This document shows positions 1 to 13,903 of a stretch of 64,000 bases of DNA, piece by piece. The notes under the pieces were generated by a model. That model saw nothing but the letters and a program-made list of their open reading frames with translations, was not told the origin of the DNA and did no database searches. The stretch comes from Octopus sinensis (taxonomy: Eukaryota), in assembly GCF_006345805.1 (NCBI RefSeq), contig NC_042999.1:165106001-165170000 (forward strand). The letters are read 5' to 3'. Each line of letters starts with the position of its first letter. Positions within the stretch are counted from its first letter, which is position 1. Position numbers and translations under genes: made by a program.

Positions 1-239
1 TATGTCAGATACTACATACATGCCCCATGGCTAGCACTCGTGAGATTTAGCTGTTTACTTTCAATCTTCTTGTACTAGTCACACACGCACATGCACACTT
101 TACGTAAAATCCCATTTGAATACCCTTCTTTTAATCTGCTCTGCTCTTTCCACTGCCCATTTTCTTACTACAACCATTATCAAACTCACGTTACACTGCT
201 AGTGTGCTGTACTTGTTATTGATCTTGTTTTAGTTATTA

Positions 240-615
240 CTAGCAGTATCGCCCGGCCTTGCTCGGGTTTGTAAGGGAAATAACTATAAAGCATTTTTTT
301 AGAGAGTTATAGCCAAAAAATAGCAAAAAAATGGAAAAACAATGATGGTAAATTTTTTTGAGAGTTAAAAAGGTCGAGTTGCGTCCCCTAGACAGTCTGT
401 GGTTTGTGTTTCTGATTCTCGACCCCATGTCGAATTTATCGATTTTTCTCAGAACTGGGGGAAACTTTTCAAAATTTTCGCTGCGTTAGTTTTGAATTAT
501 GACATTGGGCTATGTGTGTGTCAAGTTTCGTCAGAATCGGTTGAAAGCCGTGGTCAGGGTGAGGGTACAACCTGACAGACACACAGACAGACAAACTGCC
601 GTTTATATAGAGAGA
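240..615 (-). mobile_element. Non-autonomous Helitron
   Basis: On the minus strand it starts with TC (615) and ends CTAG followed by T (240/239). GC hairpin CCCGAGCAAGGCCGGG lies 8 nt before the CTAG. A (CTGT)n tract near the 5' end resembles Lep1-type non-autonomous Helitrons. Confidence 0.8.
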
Positions 616-699
616 CGTTGCTGTCATAGTTGTCGTCGTTATTGTTTTTGTTTCATGTAATTCTTATTATCAGTGTGATGTTTGTGTCGTTACAGCCTT

Positions 700-1390
700 A
701 GATTAGCGTACCCGGCAAAATGCTTAGTGGCATTTGTTGTTGTTGTTGTTACTGTTGTTATTGTTAAATGCAGCGAGCTGGCAGAAACGTTAGCACGCCG
801 GGCGAAATGCGTAGCCGTATTTCGTCTGCCGTTACGTGCTGAGTTCAAATTCCGCCGAGGTCGATTTTGCCTTTCATCCTTTAGGGGTCGATAAATTAAG
901 TACCAGTTACGCACTGGGGTCAATGTAATCGACTTAATAGGTTTGTCTGTCCTTGTTTGTCCCTTCTGTGTTTAGCCCCTTGTGGGTAGTAAAGAAATAG
1001 GCATTTCGTTGGTCTTTGCGTTCTGAGTTCAAATTCTGCCAACGTCGGGTTTGCCTTTAATCCTTTTGGGGTCGATAAAATAATTACCAGCAGAACAGTG
1101 GGGTCGATGTAATCGACTAATCCCTCGCCCTAACTTGCTGACTTTGTGCCAAAATTTGAAATCGTTATTATAATAATACAGCAAGCTGGCAGAACCGTTA
1201 CACTGCCGGAGAAAATGCCAAGCCGCATCTTGTCCGTCTTTACGTTCTGAGTTCAAATTCCGCCGAGATCGACTTTCACCTTTCATTTTTCGGGGTCGAT
1301 AAATTAAGTACCAGTTGAGTATTGAGGTCGATGTAATCGACTATTCCCCTCCCCCAAATTTCAGGCCTTGTGCCTATATTAGAAAGGATT
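700..1390 (+). mobile_element. Cluster of tRNA-derived SINE family A copies (one nested, one tandem)
   Basis: A-box-like GAGCTGGCAGAA, B-box GAGTTCAAATTC and body GCCTTTCATCCTTTCGGGGTCGATAAATTAAGTACCAG (resembles the Meta/MESC SINE core). Repeated many times in the window. Confidence 0.85.
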
Positions 1391-1424
1391 ATCATAACTA
1401 TAATAATAATAATAATTATTATTA

Positions 1425-1472
<48 letters not shown>

Positions 1473-1512
1473 CATTATTATTATTATTATTATTATTATT
1501 TGATTATTATTA
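1391..1512. repeat. (TAA)n/(ATT)n microsatellite
   Basis: Seen directly; abuts the 3' end of the R4 LINE. Confidence 0.95.
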
Positions 1513-2356
1513 CGAAAGCATTTCGGATAGTTCTTAATTACCGGTTATTCTTTACTTGGAAGCAGGCAACAACAAATCACCAAAGGTTTCAAGTAGTGCC
1601 TTCTCCTTTGACTCTAAGAGATAATACTCTCCTAAGAATGCGAGCTGTACCCAACAATGCTGTCTTCTGGATCACCTCGAGCCTGACAGCATCTCCAATC
1701 TTCTTAATATGTTTTTCCAAGCCCTTAGAAACTGCTCCTAATGGTCCAATTACCACCGGTATCGCCATTACTTTCCTATCTCGTCCCGCAGTGGCTGGTA
1801 TTTTTCACTCTTTTTTTTGTTTCCTTACGTTTCACCCTCGAATCGCCTGGTATTACAACCTCTTTTATCTTTGCTTCTTCTTCATCTTTATTGAATGATC
1901 ACGATATCTGGCTGTCTCGCCTCTGAATGTTAAAATCTCAGAGTATTTAGTAATGGTCGTTTTCCATTACTCCCTCTGGCTTGTGTTCATACCATTGTTC
2001 GGTTCTCTCAAGTTTTGCTTTACCGCACAACAGCCAGTAGACACATCTGGCCACATAGTCGTGTCTCCTTTTGTATTCGCGTTGTGCGTGCTTACAGCAC
2101 TCACTAACAATATGGCTTATACTTTCTCCTCTGTCAGAGCACAGCCTTCACTGTGGTGAGTCAGTACTTTTATCAATGTCATATTTGGAGTAGTTTGTTC
2201 TGAGAGCTTGTTCTTCAGCGCTGCACACTAATGCCTCAGTGGGCCCTTTTAAGTCTCCTTTCTGCAACCATTGCCAGGTTCTATTCCAATCAATCTCATC
2301 TTTATTCTTCAAGAACTGACTGTGCATTTTCTTGTCCTGCCAAATTTTCTTCATCT

Positions 2357-2448
<92 letters not shown>

Positions 2449-5240
2449 TTCTTAAATCGTGTTGGATCTACGGCTTCGTTCACTTTTAAGGTTCCCTGCA
2501 TTTTCACTGCTTCAATCATTTCTTCTTTACTCCCCTTGACATACCAAGCCAAGCTATTCTCCTTTTCTCTTACACAACCTTCACAACACACCAAATCCCC
2601 GTCCTCCTTTCTTTTTTACATACAATCTTCACACATCATTCTTGGGGTGTTGTTCCTTGTTCATTGTCATTAATTGACGTGTTCTCCGGTCATTCTCTTG
2701 TAATTCATTCTTCTTCCAAGATACTATTCCTGCCCTATCAAAGCAGCAGACATTTAGATTCGATTGGAGCACAAGCCGAGTTCTCAAATACTCTTTCATC
2801 TTGTGTTCATTCATCTTATTTCTTTCAATGATACCCAGGTACTTAAATCCTTCTTCTCCGACTTCCTTTACAGTTTCACTATTTTCCAGCTTGATCCCAT
2901 GGCTTTTATTGATTTTCTCCTTTTGAGAATCATTACGCCTCATTTCTCGATCCCAAATTCCATACCAATATCTTTGCTAATCATCTGCACAGTTGCCGTC
3001 AAACTCTCAATTTCTGTCTCAGGCTTAGCAAATAGCTTTAGGTCATCCATAAAGCACAGGTTGTTTACTTTCACCCTGCCTAGCATGTACCCCACATGCA
3101 TCTTTCTTAAAACGCTGACTAGTGGCAGATGCAGACCTCAAATAATAGTGGCGACAGAATGTCCCCTTAAAAGATTCCTCTTTTGATATTTATCTCTCCC
3201 AGCTTATCTCCTCCTACTGTGAGTTCAGTTCGCCACGTTGTCATTGAGTTTTGTATTAGCTTCAGGATATTATGTATGACCTTAAGTAATTTAAGGCATT
3301 CACTAATCCACGAGTGTGGGACCATGTCATATACTTTCCTGTAGTCCACCCATGCCATCGCCAAATTTTTGTCTCTGCTTGCAATCAGCCAGGATAGTCT
3401 TATCGATTAGTAATTGATTCTCCTTTCCTCTGCTCTTACGTCTACACCCTTTTTGCTCCACTGGTAGCAGATCGTTCTCATCTAGGTATTTATAGATGCT
3501 GTTCGATATGATGGCCGTCATCAGATTCCACATCAGTGACAAACAAGTTATTGGTCGGAAATTTCCAACCGCATTCCTTTTACTTGGGTCCTTATAGAAT
3601 AGTACCGTTCTTCCTTTTGGCATCCAGACCAGTACTTGAATGTCACTGTTCAGTATTTCGTCCACCTGTCTCGCAATTCTCCTCTGCAGCGCTATCAAGT
3701 TTCTTAAGCTAAAAGCCCTGAACCCCATCTGGGCCAGACGCTTTTCAGTTAGGAATTTTCCTGCACTGATCTCTAATCCTCCCCTCAGTTATTTTCAATT
3801 CCTCCTGTTGATACTCTCCACTCTATTTTAGTTTTGTGTTGTTTCTCCTAAGATTATATGTTTGCCCAGAATCTCTTGCTTTCTTCAGCATCCGGCACGG
3901 CTTTTCAAACTTTTTCTTTCCCATCCACTTCCTGATAGATTCGTTTCTGATTTCGTTCGAAAAGTCTGTTTAATCTGTATTGCTCAATCCTCTGCTCATA
4001 TCTCTTCAGTTTATGTGCTTTAGCTTTCAACCTCTGTTTTAATTCCTTTAATTCTTCAATCACCACATTTATTCCCTTTCTCTTCACCCTATACTTCTTC
4101 TCTAGCTCAACATATTTCTCTCGCTGAACTTCATTTCTCTTTTTCCGTTCCAGAATATTAATATGCTTTCTGGTCTCGTTGAGAGAATCCGTTATTCTCC
4201 TTTTGCACCATCGTTCCTTCTGGTTATGTTGACATCTACCTTTGGCTTTCAAACCTAACTTCCGGGCTATAAAGATTGAGATTGCATTTATGAAATTGTT
4301 GGTGTCTGTAATGTTGTCAGTCATGATATCACCAGTGATATCATTTATTTTCTGGACCCTTTCATTGAGTTTCCTTCTGTCTGTTCACCAGACGTCCAAA
4401 TATCAATGATTTCATTTAAAATGGATATTTGTTCCTCGGTTCTCTCATCGCTTTCCTGATCAATAATCTCAGCCTCACGCTTGTTTTCTTCCTTCAACTC
4501 TACTGCCATACTTTCACCATCTGCATTCTCTTCCCCGTCCTCCCGTTCACCACTGGTTTTACTATCCCTAAGCACCCATCTCTTAATGCATTCTAGTTCA
4601 ACTGGAGATAACCATTCATTCTTTCTGGTGGCTCTAGCTTGGTCACACAGATTTTGTTCACTTAATTCAGTTAGTCCTCTGTTAGTCCTTCTTTTCCTAT
4701 ATCTCCTAGCGGGTACTTCAATATCATTTCTCGGATTACCCAGAGAGAAGCACTCAATTCCAGCCACATTCATTTCTTTCGTTCACCTTCTTTTGACAGT
4801 TGCTTGATGACGACTGGTCACCCATGGGGAACCCGCCGGGCGAGAGACCTCCAAAAGTTGTTCCAGCCATATTCACGCCGTTCTCATTTCTATTCTTATT
4901 TCACATTTCGGCACTCAAGATGAGGGTTAGTGAATTTTAGGTTGCACAAGCACCAGTATTTTTCCCCATAATACCTTCACTGACAGGATCTTCACCCTAG
5001 GATAGAGAATTCCTGTAACTCTGGTTTAAGTTTTGGAGTTTTCGTCTCCTTTTCCCACACTTCTCCTGTTGGTTTTGTGAAGGAGCCGGGCTTCATTGTC
5101 AGGGGACAGGTTGTCACCACTGTGACTAAGGAGTCCTATCTACCATAGTTTTGATATCAGAGTATTCTTTCTCCTAGACAGACTGCCGACCAAGACTCAT
5201 GAGTTCTGTCTACCCGTTTTCGAAATGACATTAACTCTTT
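1513..5240 (-). mobile_element. Near full-length decayed R4/Dong-clade non-LTR retrotransposon (RT plus restriction-like endonuclease)
   Basis: Frameshifted fragments in the expected order: N-terminal WTKEMNVAGIEC, NFRPITCL, EQKGCR, WVDYRKVYDMVPHSWI, catalytic FMDDLKLF (about 3030-3055), LKGPTEALVCSAEEQALRT, RLE motif RQPDIVI (about 1900), C-terminal QKTALLGTARILRRVL. Confidence 0.9.
2357..2442. repeat. (CT)n microsatellite inside the LINE
   Basis: Seen directly; gives the poly-ER stretch in the ORF track. Confidence 0.95.
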
Positions 5241-5335
5241 TAAGTTCCGAATTTTGTTTTATTTTTACTCCCGCAAGATGTGGAAAATCCACCCTCCTCA
5301 ACAAGAAAGCTTAGTGGGGTTGCCGGTTTTTTTTT

Positions 5336-5526
<191 letters not shown>

Positions 5527-7212
5527 GTTTTACTTTTGCTTTGTATTTGTACAAGTTGACTCCAAGTCTCATCCAGAGACCTCAAGAAACAAATTAGAAG
5601 TTCATGTTGGTGTTATGCTTAGGGTGCCATATATTTAGTTTTGCACATAGTATTGTCCTTGAGAATGTTTAAGAAAGTATAAGAAAATTAAGACTTTGAT
5701 TTAAAATTTGAGCTTACATAGATAGTATTTTACAAAGGATATGGGCAGTTCCCATGAGCACTATCTTTTGAATTTCGCCATTTTGGGGTTTCCTGGTATC
5801 TGAGCTATGTAGGAGTCAGCCCCTTTTTCTATGATTCCTGGGGCTCCTATGACAACAGATATTGTTTTAGCCTTAAGGTTCCACATTTTGCCAATTTCTG
5901 TTTCAGGATCTTTATACTTGCTCAGTTTTGGTAGGTCATGACAGATACATCGATGTCGATTGGGACAATTATATCAATGAGAAGGCATGGTTTTTGTCTG
6001 AAGACTTTCAATATGATGTCTGGCCCATTCGTATCTAACTTTCTGTCAGTGTGAATGGTGAAGATCCAGAAGAGTGAGTTGTGGTCATTTTCAAGCACTG
6101 GAGGTGGTTTGTGTTCCCACCAATTTTTTTAATGGGGCACGTCCAGGGTTTTGCAAATTACCCAGTGAATATATTTTACAGCTCTATCATGCTTGTTGAG
6201 ATACTCTGTAGGCGTAAGAAAGCTGCACATGGAGACAACATGATCAATGGTTTCATTTTGTTGTTGACATACACGAAATTGAGCTACTATCGTTCTATAA
6301 TATGTTGGCCTGGTAGCTCCTTGTAGGTAGGCATTGATCTTGGGCTGCTATGATAACCCTTCTGTTTCAGATTTTAAGCCAGAGGCTATTAGCCATTGAT
6401 GGGTCAGGGCTTTGTCAACATCTGCATTATTCACTCTCTTTGGGTATTTGCTATTGAGAGGTTTTTCTTGCCATTTATCATTCAGAATATCTAAGGCCGC
6501 AGTTTTAGCACAGGTTTTCATGCGCTTAGCTTTTTCTGTGTTTGTTTCTTGTGTGTCTAATTCCAGAATTTGTTGTATTTGGAATTCACTTAGATATTCT
6601 TTTGCTTGTTTTGTTACTGAGTATGATGCTTTCTTGTTTGCATGAGTCTTTGAGACTAGTTTTAACATCCAGACATGGGAGTTTTTCAGGTAGGCCTCTA
6701 GGCTAATTGTGGCCATCTTCATTGTTAATTCCGGCTGTAAAAGTCCACGGTCATCCTCTTTTCTGGGCAGGTAAAATCGTTCTATATCTGCCTTAGGATG
6801 ATGCATTCTATGCATTGTCAACAATTTTCATATTTTTCTGTTAAGATTACATATCTCAGTAATTGACCAGTTAATGCTATTGAAGTAGTAAGTCACGACA
6901 GGAATGGCTAAAGTATTGATTGCTTCGGTCCTGTTTTTTGCAATCAGCCCTCTCTTCAGTATTGCCCTTACCCTGAGGTAACATTCTCTTCTGATCCTTT
7001 CCCTCATCACTGAATGTTTGAATCCGTCCCCTTCAAATACCGCTAGTTCTAACTCCTTTATGACATTCTGCAGGTAAAGGTTAACGTTGGATGTTTCTGT
7101 CATTTTTCCTTTGATAAAGGTAGACTTAGCACATTTATAGAGACCAAATTGCATTCTGATGTCATCACTGAAATGTTTAGAAATCGCTAGTAAGCCCTTG
7201 AGTTGTTGGTCA
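5527..7212 (-). mobile_element. 5'-truncated R4/Dong LINE between TAA tracts
   Basis: MQFGLYKCAK, AINTLAIPVVTY, LTMHRMHHPKADIERFYLPRKE, SGLKSETEG, IAAQDQCL and RLE region. (TAA)n on both sides. Confidence 0.88.
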
Positions 7213-7216
7213 TTAC

Positions 7217-7271
<55 letters not shown>

Positions 7272-7314
7272 GTTATTATTGTTATTATTATTATTGTTAT
7301 TATTATTATTATTA

Positions 7315-7354
<40 letters not shown>

Positions 7355-7384
7355 CATCATCATCATCATCATTATTATTATTAT
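7213..7384. repeat. (ATT)n microsatellite
   Basis: Seen directly. Confidence 0.95.
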
Positions 7385-7589
7385 ATGTTTATTGAGAACA
7401 GTTAAAATATTATGTTGGGTACTCCATGGTTAGATCGACAGAAAGGAATGGAAAAAATAAAACAGGGAGGCAGTTTGAGCCTAAGCTATTCTTTGTAGAC
7501 CACTATCGAAGCATAAATATGGTATAGCTATGGGAATCATCCTGGGATAAAAAAAAGTAATGATGATGATGATGACGACGATGATGATA

Positions 7590-9000
7590 TATGGAATCCA
7601 GCTCGGTCTTGATAAATATAATGAAGCAACGGTCTTCAAGAGAAAACTTTGAAAACGAACATGCAAGAAAGAAAGGAATTAGTTTCTGGAAAATAATACA
7701 GACATTTTGGTGTAAGTGAAGGGAATGACGGACAACACTCAGAAATGCGCGTAAAGGTACGACAAGAATGTTATCATAGAGTTAGAGCTATCCAATAGAT
7801 CGAACTTAATGTAAGAAGCACGATTGATGCAATCAATACTTCAGCTATACCTGATGTGATGTACAGCTTTAACATCATCGTAAAATGGTATGTTGATATC
7901 AGTAAAATTGATACAAAAATACGCAAGCTTCTCACAACGCACTGCATTCATCACCCAAATGAAGACGTAAAAAGATAATTTAGATTGATGCAGATCCTCC
8001 CAGCTGCAACTGTTTCTAAAGACAGCAACCATAGAGGTAGACACCTATCTAAAGGACACCAACAACTGGATACTTAAACTTATCTGCAAATATGAAAGTT
8101 ACCCCACCCAGCCCAGAAAAAATGTACTGAATATCAGAAGCGATGAAATATGTAAAGGAATAAAAGAAGATGAAAGTGAGAGCGACACAACTAGCTGAAG
8201 CAGAAGTAGGCACTGAGATAGCAAAACAGATAAAAACAGAAGCCAAATCAAATGGACTTTCAGAGCTGCGAAATTCAAGAAAATGTAAGGCATTGCATTG
8301 CAAATACTCTACAAGGACCAGTGGTCAATGTATCTGGACTTAAATCAGACACAGAAGGCTTTATTACAGCAGCTCAAGAACAGTGTCTGTTCGCCAATAA
8401 ATTCGAAGCAAGCATTCTCTAAAATGGTGCCGATCCTGCCTGCCGCTTTTCTTGGTGCAACCTGAGAAGCAATTGACTATCTCATCTCTGGATGCTTATA
8501 AGAAAAACTAATGGGAATATAAGCCTGACAAGTTTGAAAAAGAAATTCATCACCGTTATTTGAGACCTTGGTATTAAAACTGATCGTGCTATTCAGGCCA
8601 AGAGACCAGATATTGTGGTAAAAAATAGGGGTCTCAAAATTATGACATGTAAGAACAACAATTGTACCGATGATCATTGGAACTTTGGGAAGAATGCACA
8701 AATACCAACACTATTGCCAAATACCAGGAAACCCAAAAGTATCAGAACCTAAAAAAAATGTTTTCATGGGTACTACCAACACCTTAAAAAAAGACTCTCT
8801 CAACTTGAAAATACTTGATTCGCTTAAAACTCTTTCAAAACTAAAATATTAGACATTTAACAGAATTTTAGTTCTTAGATTATTGTTTCCCCCAACAATA
8901 TATCATTACTAATCATAAATGACATCCAAAGTAGAATGTCCAGTTTGCTGTTACTTGAGGTCTCTGGGGAGAACTTGGAACAGCTCGTATAAAAGACAGC
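7590..9000 (+). mobile_element. Heavily decayed R4/Dong LINE related to 5527-7212, opposite orientation
   Basis: GLKSDTEGFITAAQEQCL at about 8335-8390 and RPDIVV at about 8600. 3'UTR CTTGAGGTCTCTGG..ACTTGGA is shared with the 3'UTR of the minus-strand copy. Confidence 0.75.
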
Positions 9001-10194
9001 AACAACAACAACAACGACAACAACAATAATAATATAGGAGAAAGAAATAGAAGTAAACAACTCATTCTTCATACTGGAAATACATATCACTGATGAAAAC
9101 TTCAGTATTGGATAATAAAGATTCAGAGTGGCGAGCATGGCCCTCTCGTAAGCATATCATGTCTGCAAAACAATAATTTAATTTGTCGCTTTCATTCAGG
9201 TAGAAACTTGAAAGAAATCTAATGAAATACCAGTAAAAAAAAAAACCAAGATTAGCTTCCAGTCGTTCGTTAAAATGTTCGGACCAACTGACTGCTGTGT
9301 TTTAATACTAACCTCTTAGAGAAATATCTCTGAGCTTTCCACAATGATACGCCATTATCATCAAAGCAAAATGAATGTTATAGTTTTATTCTAATATGTT
9401 CGTGAGAGGGTTAAAGAGAGAGGAGTGCTCTACATATACAACACACATACTTATAAACAATTGCATGTCGGTGTGAATATCTGCTTATGTGTATGTGATG
9501 TGTATACATATACATGTATGCATTAGCAAACGAACGTTAAAGTCCATGCTTATAATTTGAGAAACACACATTGGTAATTTGATATGCATGTATGTATGTA
9601 CGCATGTATGCATGTATGTATGAATGTATGTATTATATATGTATGCATGTATGTATGCATGTATGTATGTACGTGTATACACACAGAACTATGTGTGCAT
9701 TTAAGCATATTGGTATCCAGTGTATCAACATCAGAGCAACAGATAAACCATTAAAATATCCTTGATGCAAGACCTCAGCTGACATAAGGACGCCATATCT
9801 ATGAGAACGAGGCATTTGAAATGTTAATTCTTCCACCCAACCTAAAATTGCATCTTTTTAACAACAGAAATATGTAAATTAATTTATTATAATATCTTCA
9901 TTCTTGACAATAGGTTATACTATATATTTGCATATTTTCACTGGAAGAATATACAATCTCGATATCATTTCATCGTTATCTCTAGGGTTTACTTTGCAGC
10001 TGTGTACAAACTGTGAGCGCGTTCCATTAACAAAGCGACAAGTCCCTCTTCTTCCTTTTCTTCTTTCTTTCCTTCTTTCTTTCTCTCTTTCTTTCTTTCT
10101 TTCTTTCTCTCTCTCTTTCTTTCTCTCTTTCTTCCTTCCTTTCTTTCTTTTTTCTCTTTATTATTATTTTTAGTTTTATTCTTTCTATTATTTT

Positions 10195-10509
<315 letters not shown>

Positions 10510-10599
10510 TATATATATAATAAATAAAAATATATGCATACATACAAATATATATGTACGTACCTACATCTACATGTATATATACATGCATATATAAGT

Positions 10600-10736
10600 A
10601 AATATACGTGAGTACAGGACACCACAACAAGACGTAGAAACGGGAAAAACAAAAATTCACAACAAGAAAACAAGTACAGGACATGCTACACAAGGAAAAA
10701 TCCACCGTCATCAGCTGTCGCTAGTTAGACTCAAGC

Positions 10737-10740
<4 letters not shown>
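10600..10740 (-). mobile_element. Probable Penelope-type terminal-repeat remnant in (TA)n
   Basis: Short insert between TA arrays with CAGCTGATGACGG on the minus strand; only part of a hammerhead core. Confidence 0.3.
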
Positions 10741-10818
<78 letters not shown>

Positions 10819-10819
10819 T

Positions 10820-10985
10820 ATTACTCGATTACATAGGCTCTAGAGTTCAACTGATAGCTAGTTCATCGATCCCGAAATAATGGAAGTCGACCTCGGTGGA
10901 ATTTAAACTCACAAACGTTATGAGAGGCAAAATGCCTCTTGACATTTTGTCCGACGTGGTAACGATTCTATCAACCCGCAGCCTT
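10820..10985 (-). mobile_element. Decayed SINE family A
   Basis: GTCGACCTCGGTGGAATTTAAACTC matches family A. Confidence 0.7.
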
Positions 10986-11346
10986 GAGATGATGTAAATA
11001 ATATCAAAACAATATTGAGAACACTATGAGCGAAAGTCTATGGATAAGAATTGTTATTATCCTTTCGAGTGGATAATATAATTAACTGTGATAATTTAGG
11101 GGAAGTTTAGTTGAGAAAATCGTTTGGGAGCTGGTCAAAGCGTTTTTAGTTACGGCTTTTCTCGTTTTGAGCTCAAAATTCCAACTTGATGAAATTTGTT
11201 CTTTATTCTGCCCATGTTGATAAAATAACGTATCATTCAAGTACTGGGGCAGAAAATATAAAAGAAGAAATCTTAAAATCTTAATCATTTGACAACTACT
11301 TCATAAATCATCTAACCCATCCATAAAGTCCAGTTTCTTTTTATCG

Positions 11347-11381
<35 letters not shown>

Positions 11382-13699
11382 CCTTTTGGACAGGGTATTT
11401 CACAATTATTGGTGGCTTTTCCACAAATTAACAAATAATTTTGTTGTACCTACTGTTTATAACTAAGTGGAGTGAGGAGAGCTATGAGTTACACGATGCA
11501 TATAGCCTACTCTACAATTGATAGTCAATTCTCTTACCAATTGGGTAAATCACGAACATGTTATATGTAACTCTAAATTCAATTTAAATTTTACCATGGG
11601 TTTATTCAAAATATAGACTTTAATCAAAATATAACTCGTTAACGCATAAGAATTTCATAAACTTTCAAGAGTGAGTTAAATATTTCTTTTTCGGAACTAT
11701 GGATCTCGAAGCAAATACAACTATAAAGAATAGTGTGTAAATTTTAGGTTAAAAACCCTTGTGAATAGAAAAAATCGAAAACCTGGCAGCCCTCAACCTA
11801 AAATTTACCAGCTATTATTTGGGGCTTTATGTACTTAGAAATCTGTAGTCCCAAAATATATCCATTCAATATATAGCCAGAGTCAAATAAAAGTATATAG
11901 TTACGAGGTTAATCAAAGTATAGCCTTAATTCATTCAAAACATAGCTTCAGGCTACGTAAAAATATAGTTGCAGATATGGTTTTTATCATGGTTAAAGCC
12001 TGCACAAATTATAGTTTTCAGCCTCGTCTATATATAGGAATGGGTCGGATCAAAGACAGCCATGGTTTTAGATTTTTATTATTAGCCTGTTGTGCACAAC
12101 ATGGAATTAGTTGTCCCTGTTTATGGAATCTGTATGTGGCATTGTAAACTGCTCTATTGAAAATTACGTCTTTGCTATGGACACATTGTATTGACTGACA
12201 AATACATAATGTAAAGCTTCGACCGTGCGGTTGGTCAGTTGTTAGGCTGCAACAAATGAATTATAGTTTCCACTTGTTAAAGTGAGCCACTGGAGCGTAA
12301 TATTTTCTCTGCTAACGTCTAGATTCACGTATTCATCCTGATCTATCTTTAATTCAGTTATTGGAAATAACCATAATGGCGTAATATTATCTTCGTTTCT
12401 CATAAGCATCAGAACATTCGAGAAATATGCGCATAACAAGATGGATCTAGCAGTATAAGTATAGCTAGCGCATCAGAAGGCTTGCAGCCATCAAATGTTC
12501 TTCATTGTCACCTCAGCTAAAAACACATTCATTGACTTGCTTCCAAGCTAATTAGTAACAAGTTGAAAACATTTACTAATGCAAATATTTGACGCACACT
12601 ATTAATATACAAACCGAACGAGGCGTTTCTTCCTGTATGATGAAAATTGTAGCTTAGTTGTAAGGCAGAAATGAAAAAGCAACCTACGGGGATTGTGGCT
12701 AGATCGATTGTGATGAAAGTAAAGTTTATAAAATATTGGCTAAAACATATTATCAAAGGTGAGTGGACAATTAATTAGGAAATGGAAGTTCTGCCCTTTT
12801 CATATCCTGGAATTTGAAACGATGGCTTTGTGAGAAATAATATTTACTCACACAATAGTTTAAATTGTAAACTTCAATCGACGATTATTAATGATTTATA
12901 TACATAATACAGGAACGGTGAATACCTAGAGAGGAAGAGCAATCCATAAAGATCGAGACTTTTCCTAGGCAACCTCTATAGGTCCATATATAAATTATCA
13001 CTCAGATAGATATATACATGCATCTCTCTCAATACACTTACACATACAAATGCGCTCACATGTGTGTGTGAGTGTGTGTGCGTATGTGTGAGTGTGCGTA
13101 CGTATGTGTGAGTGGAGCGATAGTTTAGGCATACTTTCACATATATATATATACTATTATATTACATGATTATATGGTGGTTATTATCATCACATATATA
13201 TTTATACCTAAATTCATTTCATATCGTAGCTAACTTTAGGTTAGGAAGAAATCTGTATTCGTCATATTCCGCCAAATCTGGACATAACAAAGATCACTGA
13301 TAACGAAAAAATAATGGTGATGGCAATAATGATAGTGATGATGAAGATGTTTATGACAACAACGATGACGTCGATGGTGGTGGCGACGGCGGCGGCGGCT
13401 TCGGTGGTAGTGCTGGAGGAGGAGGCGAAGACGACGATGACGACGATAATTATGAAACCGAGGGAAACAGCATCTTTTCACTTCCTTGTGTTTAGGTCTA
13501 TTGAATTTTTAGCTGACATTTTTTTAATACAGAACAACTGCTACAGTAATTTCACCATCCTGTTTTTTTTTCTGTTATATTTTTAGCTGACCTTTTTTTT
13601 TAAACTCAGACTGTGAACAACTGAAATTAATTAAAGTCATAGTCTGTCTATGATCAACTGATGTGATATACTGACTAATCCTATAATCCAGCATACCAT

Positions 13700-13903
13700 T
13701 TTAATGGCTGGCAAGGCCACAGTATTTCGTCTTGCAACTATGATATACTGTTGTGTGTTAGCTGTGCGATATTCTTACTTTTAAGCTTATCTCTGTGAAA
13801 ATATGGCACTGTTAACACACGATATTGACTTCTAAACCTGAAATATACTGGCTAGTATATTATGGCTGCAAAACGAAATATTGAAACCTTGCCATCAATT
13901 AAA
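13700..13903. repeat. Imperfect palindrome of about 200 bp (old MITE-like hairpin)
   Basis: 13700-13749 pairs with 13854-13903; an inner arm at about 13752-13779 pairs with about 13795-13821. Confidence 0.65.

Noticed and set aside
11560-12070. Recurrent AAAATATAG motif, possible degenerate minisatellite
   Set aside because: Too diverged to define a period or boundaries by eye.
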